Below are positions 49,301 through 58,239 of a stretch of 64,000 nucleotides of DNA, piece by piece. The DNA is taken from IMG/VR virus record IMGVR_UViG_3300022876_000002. One strand, written 5' to 3'. The position numbers and the translations under genes are program-made. The notes under the pieces are model-generated. The model saw nothing but the letters and a program-made list of their open reading frames with translations. It did no database searches and had not been told where the DNA came from. Origin of the DNA: a virus. Its lineage: Duplodnaviria > Caudoviricetes. Within the stretch, counting starts at the first letter, position 1. Each line of letters begins with the position of its first letter.

Positions 49301-50812
49301 TTATTTCTTTTGACCCAACTCAGCCAGGTTCAATACTCGCAGGTTAGCTACTGCTGACGTATGGATGTAAATCCAATCAGTAGTCTCTACCAACGTGCAG
49401 TAACGCAGACCTTTGCTGTTACGCGTGTCTACTGCTACCCAAACCTTTACCTCGGGGTCTTCCACTGAGTTGAAGGCATTGCGCTCAGGGATGTCATAAC
49501 CAACATTAATAGTCAATGGTACAGGCTTAACCGCGTTAGGGTGTTCTACCGGTACTTTAAACACTGACTTGAGTTGATTAAAGTCAGAATGCAACTTGAC
49601 CTTAACGTCACCCTTCTTGTTGGCTTCCTTGGTATAGATCAAATCCGTGATCTCGTAGAACTTCAAGTAACCAAAGACATTGGACTCATCTTTAGCCTTG
49701 TACGAGTTAAGGATCACATCGAGCTCTGCCAAAGCGTCACGAATACGGTAAGACATCAACACCGGACTGATCAGTTCAATCAATACCGGCTTACCGTTGC
49801 CCTTAGTAACAGGCGACACCAAGTTGTTGCCCTCACGGATAGCAGGATGTGTGTCAACCATCCGCGCTACTTCTTTACTGGTCAGGTGGTTAAGATCACC
49901 AGCTACCAGGTAACCGTCAGGGTTGTCGATCTTGCGTCTGGTAAACTCATAGAGCTTGTCCAGCAGCGCAATCGGCTCCTTGGTGAACAATGCCGAATAA
50001 GTAACGTCGGGAGTCTGCTTACCATAGTAGTTCTTGTCTGGCTCTACCTTACCAAACCCGTACTTACGGTACCCGTGTTGCTTATCGTAAAACTCCTCAG
50101 CACTCACGCTACCGAAATACCAACGGCTAGCCGAGACGATCTTGTTGAAGTCCGATTCAGGGTTCTCGTAGACCTTGCGCGGGATTACATGCAAGTCGGT
50201 AGTGTTAGGTTCACCAAACAAACTGATGACCTCGGCGATCTCCAAACACTTGTGTGCTTGTTTATTACCAGTACCACCTTCCGCACTACCACTAAAGTCA
50301 AAGATAATCCTGCTGTCGGTCTCCTTGAACTTACCAATCGTAACCAAAAGCTCTTGCAGTACGTCTACATCCTTCTGCGTGAGCTCCATACGGTTGATTC
50401 GGTAACCAACCTGTACTTTGTCATCCTTTAGCTTCCAAACCTCTTGTAGCTCCTTGTGGGGCGTAATAATGCAAAGGTTCTTATAAGGGGACTCTGGTTC
50501 CAGGTACAGTGCGACCACGGCCTCAAATGCACGCAGTACCGCCGTGAACACTGAGCGTGTGTTAGCTACTGTCAGACTAAGGATGTCGTCTACCACTACT
50601 ACGGTGTTAGCGCGCTGGTTGTTACCAGTGTAGTACCCACTTGTAGTAGCGACGTCTTTAGCCAGCTTTTTCTTGCCTTCGTTGGCGATGGTATAACTGT
50701 AACCATGTGCCCCAGCATAATTCAGGTGTTTCCTGCCTCGTTGCAAGGACCGAGCAGTCATGTAGACTACTAGGTTCTTACTGCCTTTGAGGTCTTCGGG
50801 CTTATCTGCCAT
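49301..50812 (-). CDS. RNase H-fold protein (phiKZ gp155-like), catalytic residues apparently lost
   Basis: VVYMTARS...GAHGYSY...NTRSVFTAV...IITPH...GNKQAH track the RNase HI motifs with the acidic residues replaced. Confidence 0.6.
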   Translation of the reverse strand: MADKPEDLKGSKNLVVYMTARSLQRGRKHLNYAGAHGYSYTIANEGKKKLAKDVATTSGYYTGNNQRANTVVVVDDILSLTVANTRSVFTAVLRAFEAVVALYLEPESPYKNLCIITPHKELQEVWKLKDDKVQVGYRINRMELTQKDVDVLQELLVTIGKFKETDSRIIFDFSGSAEGGTGNKQAHKCLEIAEVISLFGEPNTTDLHVIPRKVYENPESDFNKIVSASRWYFGSVSAEEFYDKQHGYRKYGFGKVEPDKNYYGKQTPDVTYSALFTKEPIALLDKLYEFTRRKIDNPDGYLVAGDLNHLTSKEVARMVDTHPAIREGNNLVSPVTKGNGKPVLIELISPVLMSYRIRDALAELDVILNSYKAKDESNVFGYLKFYEITDLIYTKEANKKGDVKVKLHSDFNQLKSVFKVPVEHPNAVKPVPLTINVGYDIPERNAFNSVEDPEVKVWVAVDTRNSKGLRYCTLVETTDWIYIHTSAVANLRVLNLAELGQKK

Positions 50813-50860
50813 TGCCGGTGCTCTTCTTAAGTAACCTACCCATTAAGATAACGGGTAGGG

Positions 50861-51331
50861 TTAAAGTTTATTTGGATAGCTGGCACTACACATACGCATA
50901 AAGAACTGGTTGTTCTCCCGCAACAACTTAGATTCCTGTAACGTACGATTTAGTGTAACCTGGATCCAGTAGTTCTCGTGGGTAAGTGCTACGTTGGATT
51001 CCAGCAGCTTGGTGTTCTCATTACGTAACTTATTATTGGAGTCGTTGATGCTAGCGGACAGTTTGCTTATTTCCTCCGCTGCGCCAGCCATAGATTGAGG
51101 CTTAAGCAACACACCCAATTTAGCAGATACGGACTTGTAATCTGCCAATTGCGTACGCATATTTAAGTTCTCAGCCAGTAGGCTAATCACAGCAAAAACC
51201 AACACGCTAATCAGGAAAACCGTAGACTTCAAAACAGAGGTGAGTTTCGCTTCAGACGATTCACCTTTAGACATCCGTAGGAGGAATTCTATGAATCTGT
51301 CAACTAGCTCTTTTAAGAGCGTGAACAACAT
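50861..51331 (-). CDS. Single-pass membrane protein with a coiled coil
   Basis: TVFLISVLVFAVISLLA then heptads; single C-terminal Cys. Confidence 0.65.
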   Translation of the reverse strand: MLFTLLKELVDRFIEFLLRMSKGESSEAKLTSVLKSTVFLISVLVFAVISLLAENLNMRTQLADYKSVSAKLGVLLKPQSMAGAAEEISKLSASINDSNNKLRNENTKLLESNVALTHENYWIQVTLNRTLQESKLLRENNQFFMRMCSASYPNKL

Positions 51332-51358
51332 ATATGACCCTTATTTACTGAGGTGTAA

Positions 51359-52705
51359 GTGATGGCTGCTAAGAATTATTTGTCTTTCGCTGCGATAGCG
51401 GAATTCGCTAACAACGGGGTCAAAGCTGTATCACCTATTGGTGAGATCTCCAACAAATCGAAGACCTACTCCAAAGACCAGGGTATTTTCACCCTGACTG
51501 ATCAAGCTTCTGCCACTGTATTGCATAATTTCATTAGCCTGGATGGTACTACTGAGATCAGTATGCCAGTTACCATTGCTAATAAGCAACTTGAGATTAG
51601 CAACTGGTTAGTCGATCAAACCAAACTTGGTAATATCACTGACTCCCGCCCCAACACGCTTGCACTCTTAAAGGCGCAATTCAGTTCCGGTATCGAGATC
51701 CTCGATGTCGGTGAGATGGTTACCAACAACCGTTACTACCTCCCCAGTTTCGTAACGGGTAACCATATCGTTGGTTCAGAGAAACAAACGTTTTATCTGT
51801 GGTTCGCTGACGAGTATTTCAAGCGTCAGTACCCACGCGTGGTCTTCGGTGTAGTACATCCATTAGCTCTGGCCTCCATGGACGATCTGATGCCGATGAA
51901 CTACGAGCAGATGGCTGCCCGTCTGGCTCTTGAGACCCCAGACGTAATCGACAAGCGTTTGCATGCCCTCACTGACAACGCCGCATGGCCTGTTACTGAC
52001 GGTACTACGATGTCGTTCCAGATCATGGACCTGATCAACACACCTAAGTCGGTAACCGGCTGGTGGCGCTATATCTGGTGGGGTAACGGTGTCGATGCCG
52101 AAGACCTGCTGTTCGACCAGATGCGTAACGAGATCCTGGCCAACACCAAGTACACGTTGCAGCAATGGGAAGAGAAAATCCCAGATCTGTTCAACCCGAT
52201 CGAGTTCTACGTTATCCCTAACTGGAACCGTTACGGCCTGACAAACAAAACCAACGGTGCGCGTGAGTACAGCCCAATCATCGATGAAGAAACCCGGCTG
52301 CTCCTCGTTAATAAATATCTGACGCCTAATATGACGTCGGCCCATGTCATAAAATCCACCCAGCACGTGCCTTTCCTGTACAAGAGTCTGGCTTGTGCGT
52401 TCGTGGCTAAGGTCAACAACAGCGACGCTACCAAGAAGATTCTCCAGCTTTATCCTGACTACGCTCTGCGTGTTTCGACTGACTCTGATTTCGATCAGAT
52501 GAACCCGGAGACCATGGAGTTCATTCGTCAGATGGAGAACCTGCTGGCTGCTGCTGAAGTAATGACCGACGTTAGCCTGCCTTTGCCTGGCACTACTCGG
52601 GTTATTCGCTTTGGCAAGATGTATGCTTCCAAACGTGTTGGTCGTGCGCGTTACTTGGTGCTTACCAAGTGGCAAATGATCCAGGATAAGGTGACAGGTA
52701 TCTGA
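51359..52705 (+). CDS. Virion protein (phiKZ gp157-like)
   Basis: 448 aa, RBS GAGGT; assignment by synteny. Confidence 0.55.
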   Translation: MMAAKNYLSFAAIAEFANNGVKAVSPIGEISNKSKTYSKDQGIFTLTDQASATVLHNFISLDGTTEISMPVTIANKQLEISNWLVDQTKLGNITDSRPNTLALLKAQFSSGIEILDVGEMVTNNRYYLPSFVTGNHIVGSEKQTFYLWFADEYFKRQYPRVVFGVVHPLALASMDDLMPMNYEQMAARLALETPDVIDKRLHALTDNAAWPVTDGTTMSFQIMDLINTPKSVTGWWRYIWWGNGVDAEDLLFDQMRNEILANTKYTLQQWEEKIPDLFNPIEFYVIPNWNRYGLTNKTNGAREYSPIIDEETRLLLVNKYLTPNMTSAHVIKSTQHVPFLYKSLACAFVAKVNNSDATKKILQLYPDYALRVSTDSDFDQMNPETMEFIRQMENLLAAAEVMTDVSLPLPGTTRVIRFGKMYASKRVGRARYLVLTKWQMIQDKVTGI

Positions 52706-52706
52706 T

Positions 52707-53342
52707 ATGGCATCTAACACTATTATCCCGTCGATTGACGCACGTGGGCGCTTTGAAGCAGAAGCGCCTTTCGACCTGGTGGTTAAGCCGGAGGTTTACT
52801 ACACTGTAGAGGCCATCCGCAACATCCACGAAATGGAAGCACTTAAACTCGATCTGTTCGAGCTCGTGTTTAAGCCAGCTGGGTTCACTGCAGATACCTT
52901 CCCTGCTGCTCTGGAACGTGCACGTAAAGACGGTGCTAAGGTCCTCAGTCTGTTAGACCGGGCCGACGTAGCTACTTACGTGCTCACCAACTACCTCAAG
53001 AGCTGGCCTCTGGTAGACGGTGTTAGTTACGAGCACATGGTGATTATCGCTGACATGGGTCCTGTGCCTCCAGGCATGGCCGATATCTTGGCCAAAGAAA
53101 TTGCCCATATCAAGGATCACATTGAAGCCAACGTAGGGATCACTACCACTGTTACTATTGGTACGATCCCTACTATTGGTTATGTCAGTAAGGAACAAGC
53201 CGATGCGTACGAGAACGTGCGTAAGAGCAAGATCACTGACAGTGGTAATGATGTAGCACGTATTCGCGAACTCGAAGCACAAGCTATCCGGGACCACGCG
53301 TATATCCAACAATTAGAAGCCGCTCTGGCTGCCCGCCCTTAA
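52707..53342 (+). CDS. Virion protein (phiKZ gp158-like)
   Basis: 211 aa, coupled to the upstream gene; assignment by synteny. Confidence 0.55.
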   Translation: MASNTIIPSIDARGRFEAEAPFDLVVKPEVYYTVEAIRNIHEMEALKLDLFELVFKPAGFTADTFPAALERARKDGAKVLSLLDRADVATYVLTNYLKSWPLVDGVSYEHMVIIADMGPVPPGMADILAKEIAHIKDHIEANVGITTTVTIGTIPTIGYVSKEQADAYENVRKSKITDSGNDVARIRELEAQAIRDHAYIQQLEAALAARP

Positions 53343-53357
53343 ACCCAGGACACTACC

Positions 53358-54533
53358 ATGGAACCAAACTTCAACGAGCTCAACAATACCGACCATGAAG
53401 ACGCCCCGCACTTGTTCGAGACGTTGTCGCCAGAGTATACGGATATCCCAGACCCAGAGCACTTCGACACCATCTGTGAAGGCGCCCTGGACACCGTTAA
53501 GGGCATGGAGTCCATGTCCACCACCTACACCAAGGCTCAGTCCTATCTGTTCGCCTGCATGTCCGCAGCAGACCATATCGACTACAAGCAACAACGTGCT
53601 GGTATGGAAGGCGGGTTCTTCTCCGCCATTGGTGATGGCCTGGGCGCTGCATGGGACTTCATCAAGAAAATGTTCACTGCTGTGTGGCGCGCGTTCTTCG
53701 GCGGTGGGGATAACACCGTAGAAAGCAAGGTCGAAAAAGCCGAGAAGAAAGTCAAAAAGGACAAGGAGGACGTACAAGAAGACGTCAAGCCTGGTAAGTC
53801 CGAGGAAGTTGTTGAGAAACAACGTAAGAAGGCTAAGGATAAAGCTAACAAGGTTAAGAAAGACCCGAAAGCTTCTTCCAGTGACAAAGCCATTGCCGAC
53901 CAGATGATCAAGAAGATCGACGAAGGTAATGTCAAGTCTACTAAGCAGAAAGAAGACGATCTTAAAGTAATTAAGGAAAACTACTTCAAGATCAGCAAGG
54001 ATACTCGCGAGACCATCATCAAGAACGTTGGTGAAGCAGAGTCCCTGCGTCGTAAGTACAAAGAGTACGTCGAGAAAGACCGTTCCAGCGAAGTTACTTC
54101 TGATCGTTGGAAGAAATGCTACGCAACGTTCAAGTCTAGCGTATTTGGTAAACTGTTGGATCACCCGATTAACCAAATCGTTAAGGTCGACGCTATCAAG
54201 AACCTTGGTCAGGGCGTGGATGTATTCAGCCAACTGGAACAAGTGCTCTCTGGCCACCGTGGTGTAGCTGAGACTATCAGCAATCAGAAAGCTACTGTTG
54301 AGTCGGAGATCAAGGAACTGGAAGAAGCCATTCGTAAGAAAGGCAAGGGTTCTAACAGTGGTGAAGTCCATGGTGAGAAATACAACACCAAAGACCAAGT
54401 CCGTGAGCGCCTGGCTTCGGCTAAAGTGGTACTGGGTATCATCAACGCCACTGCTGGCTACCAGACTAAAGCCGTGCAATCGGTAGAACGTCTGAGCGCT
54501 AACGTGAAAGAGCACTTCTGCCCGTTCATGTAA
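53358..54533 (+). CDS. Head/ejection protein of the phiKZ gp93/gp162/gp163-type paralog family
   Basis: Acidic propeptide, AGME cleavage motif, then amphipathic GFFSAIGDGLGAAWDFIKKMF and a Lys/Glu-rich helical body. Confidence 0.65.
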   Translation: MEPNFNELNNTDHEDAPHLFETLSPEYTDIPDPEHFDTICEGALDTVKGMESMSTTYTKAQSYLFACMSAADHIDYKQQRAGMEGGFFSAIGDGLGAAWDFIKKMFTAVWRAFFGGGDNTVESKVEKAEKKVKKDKEDVQEDVKPGKSEEVVEKQRKKAKDKANKVKKDPKASSSDKAIADQMIKKIDEGNVKSTKQKEDDLKVIKENYFKISKDTRETIIKNVGEAESLRRKYKEYVEKDRSSEVTSDRWKKCYATFKSSVFGKLLDHPINQIVKVDAIKNLGQGVDVFSQLEQVLSGHRGVAETISNQKATVESEIKELEEAIRKKGKGSNSGEVHGEKYNTKDQVRERLASAKVVLGIINATAGYQTKAVQSVERLSANVKEHFCPFM

Positions 54534-54543
54534 TAACGCAAAC

Positions 54544-54587
54544 ATAACCCCTACCCCAGCCTGGTAAGGGCTTGGGGTAGGGGTTAT
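54544..54587. terminator. 15-bp hairpin between convergent genes
   Basis: ataacccctacccca...tggggtaggggttat. Confidence 0.7.
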
Positions 54588-54593
54588 AACTGG

Positions 54594-56237
54594 TTACGCG
54601 TCGGATTCATCCTTACCAGCCGGTTCATCATCCACTACCGGAGTAGGGATATCACTTACCTTGATCTGACGGATGCTACCGATTGGGATACCGTCTTTGA
54701 GGTCGGCTACCACACGGTTGGCATACGGACGCAGGTATGGAGACTTGATACCGAACATGTAAGCGTAGATGATCTCTACCATACGGTCGGTGTGTACGTC
54801 GAATACCTTCTTACGGAAGTTCAGTTCATCCTTGACCAGAGGGATGGCTGGAGAACCATCTTCAGGGTACTCGTATACACGCCAGCTGTTGAGGTCGAGA
54901 CCGATGTTACCACCATGCTCGTGCAAGGCCGTCATAACGTCGTTAGCGACCTTTTCCACGTAACCCTGTACATCGCGTGGGCTGATCTGGTAAAGCTCCT
55001 TCATGAAGTGGCTAGAGGCCAACAGACGGGTCTTAACAACCTTGTCGAATGCTTCCTCGGCATAAGCACAGTTTGGCAGCGCTTTGAGGGACTCTTCGAT
55101 CAGTTGGTCAACCCACTGGCTAACCTTGGTCAGCTTACGGACAGCAACCAGTACATCGTTACCCAGGTGCGACCACTCAGCCAGATCGATTGGACGGTCA
55201 CCCAGGCTGTACTCACCGTTGTCAGGCAGACGACCAGGTACACGATCCAGACCGATAACCAAACGGGTAAGTGTGTCGTTACCTTTGAACACCAGCATCA
55301 GAGCATGGTCGCGTACGGTAACGTGTGGGGCAATACGCTCAGCTTGCTTGGTAGCAATGGCGATGAAGCGATCGAAACGACCATTGAAGGCAGCGATTAC
55401 GTCGTCAGTACGTTTGAAGTCACCATTGAGCATGTCATCCCACTTGTGGGTTGGCTCGATTGGACGAAGCCAGCTCAGAGGCCACTCACGAGAAAGCTGA
55501 GTGATCATTTTCTTGTTACCGCGAGCGATCATGCCTGGAGAGTTGTTATCCTCACGGCACCAGTCACCAGCAGTGCGTTGACGAACTGGATTGGTAAGAC
55601 CGTCGTACCACATGCTGATAAAGAAGTCGAAACTGTCAGCGCGCAATACGTAAGTCATCGGGCTGATGTGATCACGCTCGAAACGGATGTAGGTAACTTC
55701 GGTGTCACCTTGGAAACCGTTGTAGGTCATCACACAACCCATTGCCGGCACACCTGGATTGACCGAGGTGAAGAAGTTATGCAGGGCAATGGAGACCTTG
55801 GTGTAGTCGTGCTGCTTCTCGCCGTGGATGTTTCGTTGCTCGGGGAAGTCTTCTGGGCCGTTGTCCCGTGTCAGATTAACCTTAAAACTAATGTCGGGAG
55901 CGAACGGGTAGTAGTGGTTGAAACTACCAAAGTCCATGTTGCTCACGAAGTACGGGTCAACATACTCGTATACATTACCCGCCCATTCGGATGCAGGTTT
56001 ACCAAGCACATCGTCAAGTTTGGATACCCCCACTTCCTGAACTGGTTCTGGACCTTGTTCGGTAAACAGTAAAGTGTCACCCGGTTCTACAGCACCAGAA
56101 TGATCAGTAGTTCCGACATAGCTAGGAATCCCGCCGTAGCCTTCATTAATGATCGGCCGGGTGTTCACATCCAAGGCTTGTACAAACGGATCGTCCTTGG
56201 ACAACAGGACATCGTTACGGCCAGTGGTATCACTCAT
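54594..56237 (-). CDS. Hypothetical protein (547 aa) whose N-terminus resembles the tail tube N-terminus; start MSDTT
   Basis: ATG at 56237 behind AAGGA, overlapping the upstream stop; DPFVQALD..RP.IN and WAGN..EYV are shared with the tube. Confidence 0.75.
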   Translation of the reverse strand: MSDTTGRNDVLLSKDDPFVQALDVNTRPIINEGYGGIPSYVGTTDHSGAVEPGDTLLFTEQGPEPVQEVGVSKLDDVLGKPASEWAGNVYEYVDPYFVSNMDFGSFNHYYPFAPDISFKVNLTRDNGPEDFPEQRNIHGEKQHDYTKVSIALHNFFTSVNPGVPAMGCVMTYNGFQGDTEVTYIRFERDHISPMTYVLRADSFDFFISMWYDGLTNPVRQRTAGDWCREDNNSPGMIARGNKKMITQLSREWPLSWLRPIEPTHKWDDMLNGDFKRTDDVIAAFNGRFDRFIAIATKQAERIAPHVTVRDHALMLVFKGNDTLTRLVIGLDRVPGRLPDNGEYSLGDRPIDLAEWSHLGNDVLVAVRKLTKVSQWVDQLIEESLKALPNCAYAEEAFDKVVKTRLLASSHFMKELYQISPRDVQGYVEKVANDVMTALHEHGGNIGLDLNSWRVYEYPEDGSPAIPLVKDELNFRKKVFDVHTDRMVEIIYAYMFGIKSPYLRPYANRVVADLKDGIPIGSIRQIKVSDIPTPVVDDEPAGKDESDA

Positions 56238-56604
56238 CGTCTTTTTCCTTAGCAACGGTAAACGGGGTTGGGTACAAAGTATATTTTACATCAGGTTCTT
56301 TATGCAGCGGGCGAATAACGATGTTCTTGCTATCGTCTCGATTGGCAATAACAGCCAAAGCCATTTCAGCCGGATCCCATTCATTCAGTGCGGCGATATC
56401 TTCTTGACTAATCCAGTACTCAAAGAAACCACGGTGCTCGGTATGTACGGTAAACATCATGCCTCGGAGTGGTGTCCCTAACACACTATGTACCGCCATC
56501 TTGGCGGACATGGTTTTAGTCGCACCAATACCTTGACTAAATAAAGCATGCCCAAACAGAATACGGAAGTTATCCATTTCCAACTGATCAGGATATACCA
56601 TCAA
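56230..56604 (-). CDS. Hypothetical protein (124 aa)
   Basis: RBS GAGGT; coupled to the downstream gene. Confidence 0.7.
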   Translation of the reverse strand: MMVYPDQLEMDNFRILFGHALFSQGIGATKTMSAKMAVHSVLGTPLRGMMFTVHTEHRGFFEYWISQEDIAALNEWDPAEMALAVIANRDDSKNIVIRPLHKEPDVKYTLYPTPFTVAKEKDDE

Positions 56605-56625
56605 TACAACCTCTAAAAAGGACTT

Positions 56626-57462
56626 GTGGTTATTATGGACTCTAAACTATACAATATGTCTACGATTAATAAATACACTGCACGCCCAGGTCTGGCAATG
56701 CCGCTTCACACCAGAGTAAAAATCCCTGGTGGTTGGACCACTTTAGGTTTACTGAAACTCAATGACTTGGTAGTTACTCCGGATGGCAACTACGTACCCG
56801 TTACTGGTATTTACCCCCAGGGGGTCACCGATAACTACAAGTTCCTGTTCGAAGACGGCAGGGAAGCCGAGTCTCATCCACTACACCAGTGGGCGGTTTA
56901 CGAAGACAACCAGCTTACCCCCATGGTCACTACCACCTTGGATATCTTGAACCACTTTAGTGACTTCGAGTACAGTATTCCTCTGGTAGGTCGCCTTGGT
57001 GTACAGCAAGCTTGCTTGAGTGACCAAGAGCTAATAGATATAGCTCACCAGTTATTAACTGGCATAATCACGTTCCCCAAAGTGGAAGAGCTGCATTACG
57101 AAGACCGGTTAACGATCGCCCTAACAATGATCGAATACCAGGATGCCACCCACACTGACAATGGCGTCTTGATCTCCACTACGTCAGACACAGCCGCATA
57201 CACCCTGAGAGACCTGATCTGGTCATTAGGTGGGATTGTGTATATGGAAGCACAGGACCCATATATCCTGCGTGTGCTGCAACGAGATATCCGTAACCCA
57301 GAGAACCTGGTTAGTGATACCATACATCAGCGCACCAAGTCACTGAAACTGACAGGCATTACCAGAGACGACCCGGTAGAAACTGTGTGCATTAGCATCG
57401 GTGACGACCAAAAGCTTTATGTGATTGGTAGTTACCTAGTCACGCATAACGGCGAATGCTAA
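56626..57462 (+). CDS. Free-standing intein-like (Hint + degenerate LAGLIDADG) protein
   Basis: AMPLHTRV..GWTTLG.LK.ND.V.TPDG...YPQG...FEDG...HQWAV...TVCISI...LVTHN; domain 56695-57450 (252 aa); only 23 aa before and GEC-stop after. Confidence 0.85.
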   Translation: MVIMDSKLYNMSTINKYTARPGLAMPLHTRVKIPGGWTTLGLLKLNDLVVTPDGNYVPVTGIYPQGVTDNYKFLFEDGREAESHPLHQWAVYEDNQLTPMVTTTLDILNHFSDFEYSIPLVGRLGVQQACLSDQELIDIAHQLLTGIITFPKVEELHYEDRLTIALTMIEYQDATHTDNGVLISTTSDTAAYTLRDLIWSLGGIVYMEAQDPYILRVLQRDIRNPENLVSDTIHQRTKSLKLTGITRDDPVETVCISIGDDQKLYVIGSYLVTHNGEC

Positions 57463-57483
57463 ACAAAAATAAACCATTAGTAG

Positions 57484-57515
57484 CTTACCCTCTAGCCCTA
57501 GGGCTAGAGGGTAAG
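57484..57515. terminator. 32-nt perfect palindrome between convergent genes
   Basis: cttaccctctagccctagggctagagggtaag. Confidence 0.7.
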
Positions 57516-57517
57516 TA

Positions 57518-57676
57518 TTACGGGTATTTCTCAAAAGCACGTACCAAGTTTTCGAGGATCATGATTTGGTTATCTACCAAGTACACTAACTCGTCTTCCG
57601 GATGCAATTGCTCTTTCTGTCTAACAGCGCCCTCCAGTAATTGGAGAGCTTCCTGCTTCGTCATTTTAACGCGCAT
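57518..57676 (-). CDS. Small protein missed by the ORF track (52 aa, MRVKMTKQEALQLLEGAVRQKEQLHPEDELVYLVDNQIMILENLVRAFEKYP)
   Basis: RBS GGGAGAG; stop abuts the palindrome. Confidence 0.65.
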   Translation of the reverse strand: MRVKMTKQEALQLLEGAVRQKEQLHPEDELVYLVDNQIMILENLVRAFEKYP

Positions 57677-57694
57677 GGCGCTCTCCCATCCTGG

Positions 57695-58045
57695 TTAGGG
57701 TGATGGCTCGTTGGTAAGGTCTACAGACACACAACCAGTTGTATTGATTGTTAACCCGCCGTCTTGGGAAGTCAGTGCATTTGCAGTGCGACTCAACACG
57801 ACGTGCTTAGAAACAAATCTGTAAGCACCTTTAATCGACGGACTAAGCTGCATAGCCTCTTCAGTCAATTCCTGGTAACGTTTGTACATTGCCAGACCAA
57901 TAGCCCGTTCGTTGGAACCGACAGCAGCATTAAGATGAAGATCACGGTAATCCAGGTATTCTTCCATTTTGGCGTCAGCTTGCTTAAGCAGATCGGTGAT
58001 CTTCTTCCGCAAAGCCTTATCGGCAAAATCAACTACAACACCCAT
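57695..58045 (-). CDS. Small protein, motif-array member (MGVVVDF...)
   Basis: TAATG overlap with the upstream stop fixes the start at 58045. Confidence 0.75.
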   Translation of the reverse strand: MGVVVDFADKALRKKITDLLKQADAKMEEYLDYRDLHLNAAVGSNERAIGLAMYKRYQELTEEAMQLSPSIKGAYRFVSKHVVLSRTANALTSQDGGLTINTTGCVSVDLTNEPSP

Positions 58046-58239
58046 TACAACTGCCAATGCGCTTCCAGCGCTTCGATCAACTCTTCAAAACCATCGCACG
58101 GATCAGTGAGCTGCTCTTCGCCATCCCAGGCAACCCACTTGTCAGGGATCGGATCGTAACCCATATCGAGGGAAACGTGGTTCTCACGAGAGTATTGTTG
58201 GATTGCGGCAAAACGATCTTCCAAGGATTTCTTAACCAT
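58045..58239 (-). CDS. Small protein (64 aa), paralog of 16874..17131; lacks the array motif
   Basis: TAATG coupling at both ends. Confidence 0.75.
   Translation of the reverse strand: MVKKSLEDRFAAIQQYSRENHVSLDMGYDPIPDKWVAWDGEEQLTDPCDGFEELIEALEAHWQL

Noticed and set aside
49254-54587. Similar hairpins as CRISPR repeats or mobile-element ends
   Set aside because: Copies are dispersed singly at gene junctions, with no spacers, regular period, target duplications or transposase.
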